Source of the DNA: Minisyncoccota bacterium
GTDB taxonomy: Bacteria; Patescibacteriota; Minisyncoccia; Minisyncoccales; CG1-02-41-26
NCBI GenBank assembly: GCA_028718785.1
Contig: JAQULB010000003.1
Coordinates: forward strand, 74,228-138,227
Length of the DNA stretch: 64,000 bases
Reading direction: 5' to 3'
A model generated the notes under the pieces. The model made no database searches. It saw only the letters and a program-made list of their open reading frames with translations, and had not been told where the DNA came from. Made by a program: the position numbers and the translations under genes. Of this stretch, positions 19,574 through 28,813 are shown piece after piece (the stretch's first letter is position 1; each line of letters begins with the position of its first letter).

Positions 19574-20653
19574 TTATAAACTTTTTTCGTCTAATATGAT
19601 GCTAATTATTTTTTCTTTGCCCCCTCGCAAAATTTTGCAAATCAATTTTTGCCCCACTCTAAAGTCCCCTAAAATATCATTAACAGAAATTTCAGGCGTT
19701 ATTTTTTGGCCAGAAATTTCAACTATAATATCAGATTCTTTAAGCCCAGCTCGCTCAGCTGGACTGCCAGCAATTACAGCTTTGCTTTTTCCCAAAGGAA
19801 GTTCGGGCTCTGAAATAACTAAAGCCCCAAAATCTACTGGCAAATCAAACTGGTTTTTTAGTTGTTTATTGATTTGCAAATATCTAATGCCAAAAAATGG
19901 CTGGCGGATTCGGCCATATTTTTTTAGCTCTCCCAGCGCTTTTTTAGCATTATTAATTGGCAAAGCAAATCCAATATTTTCTGCGCCAAAAACCATAGCC
20001 GCGTTAATGCCAATAACTTTGCCTGAAATATCAATTAAAGGTCCCCCTGAGTTTCCCGGGTTAATGGCCGCGTCTGTTTGAATAAGGCCTCGCAATTTGG
20101 CGGCGGTGTCTGATAGTTCGCTTTGAGCTTGAATTTCTCGCGATAGCCCAGAAACAATACCCAAAGAAACCGTGTTTTTAAAAAGCCCCAAAGCATTGCC
20201 AATGGCAATAACTTGCTCTCCCAAATCAAGATTGCTTGAGTTGCCCATTTCCAAAAAAGGAAATTGTCCTGCTTGTCCCCCAAGACCTTGTTGCAGGCGA
20301 GGACTTGCTGATGGGGCGTGGATTTGCAAAATAGCAATGTCATGAATTGGGTCAATGCCTAATATTTTTGGTTTAACTTTTTCTCCATTATGCAAAACTA
20401 TCACATAATCAGCTTTTAAATCCTCCACCACATGGCGGTTAGTTAAAACAATGCCGTTTTTGCTAACAATAAATCCAGAACCCCCGCCCACTTTTATTTT
20501 TTTCTTTTTTGGAACAGGCAAGGGAGCTTGCTTTGAAAGCTGAAAAATTGACTCAAGCCCAGCCAAATTTTTGGTCATTGTGATTGAAACTATCGAGGGT
20601 AGAGCTTTTTTTACTATTTTTACAATTGGAGATTGGGTTTTTATTGGGCTCAT
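19574..20653 (-). CDS. htrA: HtrA/DegP-family serine protease with PDZ domain
   Basis: The catalytic triad context is present (TNRHVV, D, GNSGGPL), with a C-terminal PDZ-like region. Confidence 0.85.
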   Translation of the reverse strand: MSPIKTQSPIVKIVKKALPSIVSITMTKNLAGLESIFQLSKQAPLPVPKKKKIKVGGGSGFIVSKNGIVLTNRHVVEDLKADYVIVLHNGEKVKPKILGIDPIHDIAILQIHAPSASPRLQQGLGGQAGQFPFLEMGNSSNLDLGEQVIAIGNALGLFKNTVSLGIVSGLSREIQAQSELSDTAAKLRGLIQTDAAINPGNSGGPLIDISGKVIGINAAMVFGAENIGFALPINNAKKALGELKKYGRIRQPFFGIRYLQINKQLKNQFDLPVDFGALVISEPELPLGKSKAVIAGSPAERAGLKESDIIVEISGQKITPEISVNDILGDFRVGQKLICKILRGGKEKIISIILDEKSL

Positions 20654-20729
20654 ATTTTTATTTAATATATTTTAGCACACTAAATTTTTATTGAAAATAA
20701 GCCAAAATTTTGATATGATTTCCCTGCAG

Positions 20730-20801
20730 GCCTTCGTAGTTCAACGGATAGAACTTCTCACTCCTAACGAGACGATACAGGTCCGATTCCTGTCGAAGGC
20801 A
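20730..20801 (+). tRNA. tRNA-Arg(CCU)
   Basis: Acceptor GCCTTCG/CGAAGGC, anticodon loop CTCCTAA, T arm ACAGG-TCCGATT-CCTGT. Confidence 0.8.
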
Positions 20802-20802
20802 C

Positions 20803-21147
20803 ATGGGAAAATTTAAAAAATTTGTTTTTCCGTCAGCAACCTTGCTGTTTTCTTTGTGGTTTTCAGCTATTTTTGCTTTGGGTATATTGATTGGCTATAT
20901 CAGCACGCATTTTAGCCATAAAAAAATTACCCATAGCGGAAAAAATAATTCTGTAATTTTAAATTTTGGCAAATGGAAAATTCACTTTCATCATTGGTTG
21001 ATGGGGGCGGTTGCGTTGTTGTCTTGTTGGGCAATGGGAGTGTTGGAAACTTTGCCAAAAATAATTATTGGTATGGCTGGGGGAATGGTTTTCCATGGCT
21101 TGTATTTATACGACAATTGGCATAAAATCATAATGAAAAAGGACTAA
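20803..21147 (+). CDS. Small polytopic membrane protein, function unknown
   Basis: The 114-aa protein has three hydrophobic segments. A single nucleotide separates its ATG from the tRNA-Arg 3' end, and its stop directly abuts tRNA-Ala. Confidence 0.5.
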   Translation: MGKFKKFVFPSATLLFSLWFSAIFALGILIGYISTHFSHKKITHSGKNNSVILNFGKWKIHFHHWLMGAVALLSCWAMGVLETLPKIIIGMAGGMVFHGLYLYDNWHKIIMKKD

Positions 21148-21218
21148 GGGCCCATAGTTCAGTGGTAAAATATCTCTATGGCATAGAGAAGTCGCGAGTC
21201 CGACTCTCGCTGGGTCCA
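21148..21218 (+). tRNA. tRNA-Ala(GGC)
   Basis: The acceptor GGGCCCA/TGGGTCC gives the G3:U70 identity pair. The anticodon loop is ATGGCAT. Confidence 0.8.
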
Positions 21219-21222
21219 CCCA

Positions 21223-21277
21223 AAAACAGACATCCGATGTCTGATAGCTATCAGACATCGGATGTCTGTTTTGTTTT
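21223..21277 (+). terminator. Terminator, long perfect palindrome
   Basis: AACAGACATCCGATGTCTGATAG / CTATCAGACATCGGATGTCTGTT is followed by TTGTTTT. Confidence 0.75.
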
Positions 21278-21330
21278 GACAAAACCGCTTTTTTTAACTA
21301 CAATAGCAATAAATTTGTGGGGAGGATTAT

Positions 21331-21416
21331 GGAGAGGTACCGAAGTGGCTTACCGGAGCGGTTTCGAAAACCGCGTCCCCCTTGGGGACTCGTGAGTTCG
21401 AATCTCACCCTCTCCG
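21331..21416 (+). tRNA. tRNA-Ser(CGA)
   Basis: Acceptor GGAGAGG/CCTCTCC, anticodon loop TTCGAAA, a long variable arm and G73. Confidence 0.85.
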
Positions 21417-21436
21417 CATAGAAATAAAAGTAAACT

Positions 21437-21949
21437 ATGTTAATAGGAATTATTAGCGACACTCACGATAATGCTATCAATTTATTGAAAGCGGTAAAAA
21501 TTTTTAATGAAAAAAATGTTGGCTTGGTTATTCATTGCGGGGATTGGGTTTCTCCTTTTATGCCGGATTTCTGCGAAAGTTTGGAGGCGAAAGTAATATC
21601 TGTTTGGGGCAATAACGAGGGAGACATCTATCGTTTTTTGACAAGGCAGGAGAAGAAGAAATGGAATATAGAATTTAATAATGTTGCTGTTGAGTTGAAC
21701 ATTGATGATAGAAATCTTATTGCATATCATGGCGACTCAAAGCCGCTCTTGGGAGCGTTAATTGATTCTCAAAAATACGATGCTGTGTTTTCCGGTCACA
21801 CCCATACTGTCTTGAATGAAATGAAAGGGAAAACATTGCATGTGAACCCAGGGTCAACAAGCGGATTGTGCGAGTCAAAGATTACCGATAACATTACAAT
21901 TGCCACTTACAACACAGAGCTTAACAATGCCGAAATTGTTTATTTGTAA
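21437..21949 (+). CDS. YfcE/MJ0936-family metallophosphoesterase
   Basis: The motifs ISDTHDN, HCGDW, GNNEGD and GHTH are present. Confidence 0.8.
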   Translation: MLIGIISDTHDNAINLLKAVKIFNEKNVGLVIHCGDWVSPFMPDFCESLEAKVISVWGNNEGDIYRFLTRQEKKKWNIEFNNVAVELNIDDRNLIAYHGDSKPLLGALIDSQKYDAVFSGHTHTVLNEMKGKTLHVNPGSTSGLCESKITDNITIATYNTELNNAEIVYL

Positions 21950-21956
21950 AATTTTT

Positions 21957-22041
21957 GGAGAGGTACCAAAGAGGATTAATGGGACGGTCCTGAAAACCGT
22001 TGTAGCGCAAGCTACCGCGAGTTCGAATCTCGCCCTCTCCG
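21957..22041 (+). tRNA. tRNA-Ser(UGA)
   Basis: Acceptor GGAGAGG/CCTCTCC, anticodon stem ACGGT/ACCGT. The loop CCTGAAA has an unusual C at position 33. It has a long variable arm and G73. Confidence 0.75.
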
Positions 22042-22081
22042 CAACAAGAAATTTTAGGCATTTTGCCTATAAATTTTTATT

Positions 22082-22179
22082 GGAGATGGGCTATGAGAGA
22101 ACTCGTCCCCGAATTGTCCCGAGCCAGCAGGCGAGGGAGCAATGCCTTCGGGTAAACTCTTCGAACCCCACCCTCTCCG
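22082..22179 (+). pseudogene. Degenerate tRNA-Ser-derived sequence (possible integration scar)
   Basis: The 5' GGAGATGG and the 3' CTCTTCGAACCCCACCCTCTCCG resemble the adjacent tRNA-Ser ends (GAGTTCGAATCTCACCCTCTCCG). The T stem and D arm do not fold. Confidence 0.45.
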
Positions 22180-22199
22180 ATAGCAAGGACGGTTTTTGA

Positions 22200-22328
22200 A
22201 ATTCAGCTGATTTAGCGTTAAATACGGTTGTAAAGATAGAAACAGGCGAAAACCCGAATCCCACTGTTGATACATTAGAAAAACTAGCCAAAGCCCTCGG
22301 CGTTTCGCTTGATGATTTAATGAAATAA
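22200..22328 (+). pseudogene. 5'-truncated XRE-family HTH gene fragment
   Basis: The frame reads ..SADLALNTVVKIETGENPNPTVDTLEKLAKALGVSLDDLMK*. It has no start codon and an in-frame stop at 22197-22199. This corresponds to the C-terminal two thirds of an HTH_XRE domain. Confidence 0.6.
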
Positions 22329-22332
22329 AATT

Positions 22333-24017
22333 ATGGCAAAAAAAGATTATACAAATTGGGATAGAAAAGAGTTGATCAAAGAGATTGACCAGCTTCGCAA
22401 GCGCAAAAAATATGGGCTTGTTTGGGAAGAAAAACTAGAGGATATTGTCGAACAGTGCAAAACAAAATTACCAGTTTTAGAAGAAGTCAAAGACAAAGAA
22501 ATCAAAACGGATTCTGATAAACCGATGAATTTGTTAATTGAGGGCGACAATTATCATGCCCTTTCAGTTTTGAATTACACCCACAAAGGCAAAATTGATG
22601 TCATTTACATTGATCCACCATATAACACTGGTGCAAAAGATTGGAAATACAACAATGACTATGTAGATATAAATGATCAATGGCGACACAGTAAATGGTT
22701 GTCGTTTATGGAAAAAAGATTAAAACTATCCAAACATCTATTAAAAAGAAATGGTGTTTTGATTTGTACTATCGATAAAAACGAACAGGCAAACTTAGGA
22801 GTTTTATTACAAGAAATATTTAATAAAAAAGAAATCGTTTGTGTAACAATTATCCATAACCCCGGTGGAATTCAAGGGAAAAATTTTTCACACACTAATG
22901 AATTTGCTTATTTTATTCATCCTCTTAATGGTAATTATATTTCTACAATCGCAAGAGATGATGTTCCGCCGACAGCTTTTAGAGATTGGGGCAAACAAAG
23001 TTCAAAAAGAGAAGCTGCAAAAACCTGTTTTTATCCCATATATATAAAAGATGAAAATATAATTGGGTTCGGCGAAGTGTGCCTCGATAATTTTCATCCA
23101 AAAAGTTCAAATAACATAAAGAAAGACGGTATTATAGAAGTTTACCCAGTTGATCAAAAAGGAATTGAGCGCAAATGGCGCTTTGGAAGAGAAACTGTTG
23201 AGGATATAAAAGATGAGTTGATTTGTAAAAAGGTTAAAGGAGAATATCAAATTTTAAGAGAGAAGAAAGATTACAGGTGGAAAACTGTTTGGACTGAAAT
23301 CAAGTATAATGCCAATGTTTACGGAACAAAATTACTTAATAATATTATTGAGTCAAAATTTCCATATCCTAAGTCGGTATATGCAGTAATGGATTGTATA
23401 AAAGCAGTTATCCATGATAATAAGGATTCAACTATTCTGGATTTTTTGCTGGCTCTGGTACTACAGGTCATGCCGTCATGGAACTTAACGAGATTGATAA
23501 GGGAAAAAGGAAATTTATTTTATGCACTAATAATGAAGACAACAACGGTGAAGGTACAAAAATAGCTGATGATATGTGTTATCCGAGGATTGAAAATGTT
23601 ATCAAGGGTTACAAGGGATTACTTGACGGAAAGAAATATCAAGGATTGAAAGGTAATTTAAAATATTTTAGAACCGCTTTTGTTCCTGCCGATCCTACGG
23701 ATAAAAACAAAACAGCTCTTACAAAAAAAGCGACTGATATGCTTTGCGTGAAAGAAGATACTTTTGAAAAAGTTAAATCAAACGAGCAATATGTAATTTT
23801 CGGCAACAAAAAAAGATATACCGGAATTATTTATGATCATCAGGCGATTGATGATTTCAAAAAAGAAATTGCTAAAATTGACGGAAAATTCAGCGTCTAT
23901 GTGTTTTCGCTTGGCGATGATACTTTTGACGAGGAGTTTGAAGACATGAAAAGCAAGGTAAAATTATCACCAATACCAGAAGCAATATTGCGAGTATATC
24001 GCAGAATATTTAAATAA
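22333..24017 (+). pseudogene. mod: Type III R-M DNA methyltransferase (Mod), split by a -1 frameshift in a T6 tract
   Basis: ORF 22333..23565 has DVIYIDPPYNTG. The FxGxG motif (DFFAGSGTTGHAV) is only readable if T6 at 23442-23447 becomes T7, which joins it to ORF 23478..24017. Confidence 0.8.
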
Positions 24018-24028
24018 TTGGAAAAACT

Positions 24029-26242
24029 ATGCAACTAAAAGACTATCAAAATACGGCTATAAAAAAACTTCTCGCAAGAAGCAAGGAATTGCTGGCTCAA
24101 GGCGGAGAAAAGAAAATAATTTTCAAAGCCCCGACTGGTTCTGGCAAAACCATAATGACGGCGGAGTTTTTGAAGCAACTTATTGACGACAAAGAAATTA
24201 AAACTCCTTTATCGTTTATTTGGACGGCTCCAAGAAAATTACACACCCAAAGCAAGGGAAAACTGGAAAAGTATTACGAAGACACACGAGCGATTGAATG
24301 TTCTGATTTTGAGGATTTAGCCGACAAACAAATTGCGGAAAATGAAATTTTGTTCTTGAATTGGGAAAGCATAAACAAGAAAGATAAAAATACTATCGTC
24401 AAAGAAAATGAAAAAGAGTTTTATCTCAGCAAAATTGTTGAAAACACCAAAGACGAGGGACGAGAAATTGTTTTAATCATTGACGAAAGTCATCATCACG
24501 CCACAAGCGATATTTCTCAAGACTTAATCGCAGATATCGCCCCTCGGTTGACGATTGAAGTTTCAGCAACCCCAATTATTCAAAATCCAGATGAAATTGT
24601 CGCTGTGCCTTTGGAAGATGTAAAAATTGAAGGGATGATCAAAAAATCAGTCATCCTTAATCCGAATTTCAAAAACATTTTATCTGGTGATAGTTTAAGA
24701 ACTGCACTTGCTGACGGGACTGATGCAATGGTGCTTGAGGTAGCGTTAAAAAAGAGAGCTGAAATCGCAAAGGCATACCAAGACGCAGGAATAAATATCA
24801 ATCCTCTTTTACTTATTCAATTACCCGATAGAAAAACACAGCAGGAGGACTTGATCAAAGATGAAGTTGTGCGGATTTTGAAAGATAAGTACAAAATGAC
24901 TACCGAAAATGGCAAATTGGCGATTTACTTATCTGAAGAAAAAGAAAATCTGGAAAATATCGCGAAGAACGATCAAGAAACAGAAGTTTTAATTTTCAAA
25001 CAGGCAATCGCTTTGGGCTGGGATTGCCCAAGAGCGCAAATTCTTGTGCTTTTTAGAGATTGGAAGAGCCTGACATTTTCGGTCCAAACAGTCGGGCGGA
25101 TTATGCGTATGCCTGAACCTGACACTGGCCATTATAAACAAGAGATTTTGAATCACGGCTTTGTCTATACCAATCTGACCGATATAGAAATTAAAGAAGA
25201 CATGGCCAGAAATTATGTAACGATTTACACCAGCGATAGAATAGAAAATTACAAACCAATCAAATTGGAATCCGTTTATCGTTTGCGACAAAGAGAAAAA
25301 ACTCGTTTGAGTCCGCAGTTTATCAAGCTTTTTTTGCACGAAGCAAACGAATATGGCTTGGAAAAGAAAATAGAAACTAAAGGGCAAAAATTAGAGCTTT
25401 CTTTGATTTCTGACTATGAAGCAGAAAGCGTTGATAAATTGGCAAATGCAGAAATCAAAGGTGAAGCAAAGATTGATACCAAAAACGAAACCGATTTGCA
25501 AAAACTTTATGATTATTTTGTTCGCAATAATCTCACGCCTTTCTATCCCGAAGACCGATCAATCGGCAGAGTAAAAGAAGCGATTTATTACTTTTTCAAA
25601 ATGCGTTTAGGCATGGAGTATTCTGACCGCTTTTCTGAAATTATCAATATTGTTCTTAGCCCGAAAAATATCCAGCGTTTTGTAAATGTTATTGATAGCA
25701 CGAAAGAAAAATATATTGTCGAAACAAAAAAGCGAGATATTGTATTGCAAAAAACAGCCGACTGGGAATTGCCGGAAATGTTGAATTTTGGCGGAAATTA
25801 TACCGAGCTGAAAACAAAAAAATCGGCAATGCAACCGTTTTATTACGACAATAAATGGAAAACAGAAGAAGCGTTTATTAAATTTCTCGAAAAATCCGAT
25901 CAAGTTGAATGGTGGTATAAAAACGGAGATAGAGACGCAACATTTTTTGCAGTTTTTTACATTGAAAATGGTGAGCAAAAGCCGTTTTATGTAGATTTCA
26001 TTGTACGATTAAAAAATGGTTCTCTTGGACTGTTTGATACAAAAAGCGGAAACACAATAAAAGACGCAAGAGAGAAAAGCGACGGTTTGCAAGATTACTT
26101 GAAAAAACACAAAGAAATTTTCGGTGGAATAGTGGCAAACACCAATTCAAAAGATTTTTCAGGTCGTTGGATGTATTACAAAGAACAAGGTACCGAACTT
26201 AATCCCGATGATTTTTTAAATTGGAAATTGCTGGAAATTTAA
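24029..26242 (+). CDS. res: Type III restriction enzyme Res subunit (SF2 helicase-nuclease)
   Basis: Motif I (KAPTGSGKT) and motif II (IIDESHH) are present. The gene lies immediately downstream of mod. Confidence 0.8.
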   Translation: MQLKDYQNTAIKKLLARSKELLAQGGEKKIIFKAPTGSGKTIMTAEFLKQLIDDKEIKTPLSFIWTAPRKLHTQSKGKLEKYYEDTRAIECSDFEDLADKQIAENEILFLNWESINKKDKNTIVKENEKEFYLSKIVENTKDEGREIVLIIDESHHHATSDISQDLIADIAPRLTIEVSATPIIQNPDEIVAVPLEDVKIEGMIKKSVILNPNFKNILSGDSLRTALADGTDAMVLEVALKKRAEIAKAYQDAGININPLLLIQLPDRKTQQEDLIKDEVVRILKDKYKMTTENGKLAIYLSEEKENLENIAKNDQETEVLIFKQAIALGWDCPRAQILVLFRDWKSLTFSVQTVGRIMRMPEPDTGHYKQEILNHGFVYTNLTDIEIKEDMARNYVTIYTSDRIENYKPIKLESVYRLRQREKTRLSPQFIKLFLHEANEYGLEKKIETKGQKLELSLISDYEAESVDKLANAEIKGEAKIDTKNETDLQKLYDYFVRNNLTPFYPEDRSIGRVKEAIYYFFKMRLGMEYSDRFSEIINIVLSPKNIQRFVNVIDSTKEKYIVETKKRDIVLQKTADWELPEMLNFGGNYTELKTKKSAMQPFYYDNKWKTEEAFIKFLEKSDQVEWWYKNGDRDATFFAVFYIENGEQKPFYVDFIVRLKNGSLGLFDTKSGNTIKDAREKSDGLQDYLKKHKEIFGGIVANTNSKDFSGRWMYYKEQGTELNPDDFLNWKLLEI

Positions 26243-26257
26243 TGCCGTTAGTTTTAT

Positions 26258-28006
26258 ATGAGAATAACTAAACTAGTAATAAAAAATTATCGAAGTTTCG
26301 ACCCTGTGGGGCAAGAGATTTTATTTCCGGCTGTTCACTCTGCCCTTGTTGGAAAGAACAATGCAGGAAAAACTAACATTTTTAATGCGTTAAATTTGGT
26401 TTTGGGCAACAAAAATCCTGCTTATTTAAGATTTGAAGAAGATGACTATTTTGATTCTAGTCAGCCGATAGAAATACAAGTCTTAATTTCGGATATTACC
26501 GCAACAGACAAGAGTCAGATTTTTTCCATTCCAAACCTTACCAAACAACAGCAGGGGGCTTTAAATAGCAAAATCAGTGACGGTACGGCGGATATTACTT
26601 TTTTACTCAGAAAAAACTATGAGTATATTCCCCAAGATGATTCGGACGAAGAATCAGAAAGTAGTCAGGACGCTTTTGAAATAAAACTTTGGGGATTTAA
26701 TGTTTTTAGAAAGAAAGAAGATGCTAGAAAGTCAGTAATAAAAATGCTAATGGTTCCTGCAATAAGAGATTATCAAGATGAGCTTTTAGCTTCTAAATGG
26801 ACGGCATATGGTCAATTGATGAAAGAGGTTTTGGAAAACTCACCACATTATTCCGATATAAAAACTGATCTTTCAAATCTAAATATAAAAATCCAACAGG
26901 TTTTTGAAACAGAAAAAACAAAATTACTCGAAGGAGCACGAATAGTATCGTATGTTGATGATATAAGTTTTCAATTAACAAAAGATAATAGCCCGTCAGA
27001 ATTACTGAGAAATTTGGAAATATTTATAACAGAAGGGTCAAAAAAATTTAATATCGAGTACGTTGGGACAGGCACGCAGAGCGCAATAATTATTGGAATT
27101 TTAGAGTTGGCGTTAAAAAATAAGAGTTCAAAAATTAAACTTTTCTGCATTGAGGAGCCAGAAGCTTTTATACACCCTCACGGAATCAGATATTTAGGCT
27201 CACTGATAAAAAATATATCAAAAGATCAAAATACTCAGATTTTAGTATCAACACATTCCTTATCTCTAACGGCTAATTTTTCACCAAATGAAATTATCAG
27301 GGTAGACAAAATAGATGGGAAAACCGTAATCAAGCAGGATGTATCAATAAGCAATACTCATTTTAGAAGATTTATTCATCAGGATAATGCGGAAATATTT
27401 TTTAGCGACAGAGTTCTCTTTATTGAAGGATCAACAGAAAAACACTTGTTTGGAAATCTTGATAAGCTAACAAAGTTAAATCCAGTCGATCCAAATAGTA
27501 TAAATTGCAATTTTGATCGAATTAATCTTGGCGTAATCAAACTTGATTCTGTTGATTCAATTGTGAATTATGTAAAAATTGCAAAAGCGTTCGGCATTCC
27601 TTATTCAGCCATTGTTGATAGAGATTTTATTGATGATCCGAGCAAACAAAATAAATGTAAGGAGTTGTGCCTAGAGGTGGGGGCAATCTATCAGGTGTCA
27701 GATACAACAAAACTAATCAGCGATTTGAAATCAAAAAATATCGTCATAAATAGCAAGGGGGAGATTGAAGATATTTTTTCTAATCAAGAAATTGCAAATA
27801 TCACCGGCAAACAAATTGCAGATATTCAAGTAGTAAAAGCCAAACACGCCAAAATTAGCAATGCTTTCAAGGAAATATTTAGTGTTGGAAAAGCTGAGTA
27901 TGCAATTGTTATAGCCGATTTTTATTCCCAAAATGCTCAAACACATCCGCTTGATGACATTATTAGAAAGATTTACAATAACAACATCCTGAATATAAGT
28001 ATTTAA
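26258..28006 (+). CDS. OLD-family ATP-dependent nuclease (ABC-type ATPase + Toprim)
   Basis: Walker A is GKNNAGKTN and Walker B is LFCIEEPEAFIHP. The C-terminal Toprim-like motifs are LFIEGSTEKHLF and AIVDRDFID. Confidence 0.7.
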   Translation: MRITKLVIKNYRSFDPVGQEILFPAVHSALVGKNNAGKTNIFNALNLVLGNKNPAYLRFEEDDYFDSSQPIEIQVLISDITATDKSQIFSIPNLTKQQQGALNSKISDGTADITFLLRKNYEYIPQDDSDEESESSQDAFEIKLWGFNVFRKKEDARKSVIKMLMVPAIRDYQDELLASKWTAYGQLMKEVLENSPHYSDIKTDLSNLNIKIQQVFETEKTKLLEGARIVSYVDDISFQLTKDNSPSELLRNLEIFITEGSKKFNIEYVGTGTQSAIIIGILELALKNKSSKIKLFCIEEPEAFIHPHGIRYLGSLIKNISKDQNTQILVSTHSLSLTANFSPNEIIRVDKIDGKTVIKQDVSISNTHFRRFIHQDNAEIFFSDRVLFIEGSTEKHLFGNLDKLTKLNPVDPNSINCNFDRINLGVIKLDSVDSIVNYVKIAKAFGIPYSAIVDRDFIDDPSKQNKCKELCLEVGAIYQVSDTTKLISDLKSKNIVINSKGEIEDIFSNQEIANITGKQIADIQVVKAKHAKISNAFKEIFSVGKAEYAIVIADFYSQNAQTHPLDDIIRKIYNNNILNISI

Positions 28007-28112
28007 AAATCCGTCCCGCTGAAAAGTTTTGGGGGCGAAGCCCAAGTAGGCGGGCAAAAAGGAAGGGGGATTTGGGGTCAAGTTTTTAAGTTAAGGATAA
28101 TAATTTCAAAAT

Positions 28113-28709
28113 ATGGCAGGCCATTTGTTTAACATAAATTTTTGGGAAGCGATAAAAAGTATTTTTGGAGGAGCTTTTCAGGTTGTTTGGCTTTTTATAA
28201 AATCGTTTTGGTGGGTTTTTTTGGTTTTAATTTTAATTAGGGTTATACCGTGGCTTGTTTCAGCTAAAATTAGGAGAATGAAAAATGCAAAAAGATTTAA
28301 AGCTGGAGAAGCTTGGCGGTCTGACAGGGATTTAATTTATTGGTTGAGGGGAATGAGTCCAACGGAGTTTGAAGAATATATTGCAGATTTGTTTTCAAAA
28401 TTAGGATATAAAACAAAGGTTACTGGTGGTTCGCATGATGGAGGAGTAGATGTGATAGCTGAAAAAGATGGCATAGCGCATTATATTCAATGTAAAAAAT
28501 ACTTCTCAAAACACGAGGTTGGCTCACCAGAGGTTCGTAATTTTTATGGCGCTATTGCTGATCATTTGGCCAAAGGCAAGGGTTATTTTATAACTACAAA
28601 CAAATTTACGCTTGAAGCCGAGCAATTTGCCCAAGATAAGCCAATAGAACTAATTGATAGCCATAGGCTTGTTGACTATATTCATTTGGCCGAAAAGGCC
28701 AAAATATAG
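28113..28709 (+). CDS. Membrane-anchored Mrr-like (PD-(D/E)xK) restriction endonuclease domain protein
   Basis: The N-terminal TM segment is VVWLFIKSFWWVFLVLILIRVIPWLV. The Mrr_cat-like core is GGSHDGGVDVIAEKDG..HYIQCKKY. Confidence 0.65.
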   Translation: MAGHLFNINFWEAIKSIFGGAFQVVWLFIKSFWWVFLVLILIRVIPWLVSAKIRRMKNAKRFKAGEAWRSDRDLIYWLRGMSPTEFEEYIADLFSKLGYKTKVTGGSHDGGVDVIAEKDGIAHYIQCKKYFSKHEVGSPEVRNFYGAIADHLAKGKGYFITTNKFTLEAEQFAQDKPIELIDSHRLVDYIHLAEKAKI

Positions 28710-28813
28710 GAGCGCAGACCCCAACCCATGTACATTGAAGCGAGGCCCAAAAACATGCCAAAATATCCTTATAATATTTGCAACCTCGGTTGCTTAACCC
28801 GAGTTGCCCGCAG

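Noticed and set aside
22082-22179. 4.5S/SRP RNA assignment for the structured segment after tRNA-Ser(UGA)
   Set aside because: It forms a long irregular hairpin and contains GGGAGCAAUGCC, which resembles the GGAAGCAGCC side of SRP domain IV. I could not find a closed GNAR tetraloop or the matching 5' motif. Both ends are clearly tRNA-Ser-derived. It needs a cmscan search before any such call.
26258-28006. Calling the OLD-family gene Gabija (GajA) or PARIS
   Set aside because: There is no adjacent UvrD-like GajB, and no separate DUF4435/AriB partner. The domain architecture alone is insufficient for either call.
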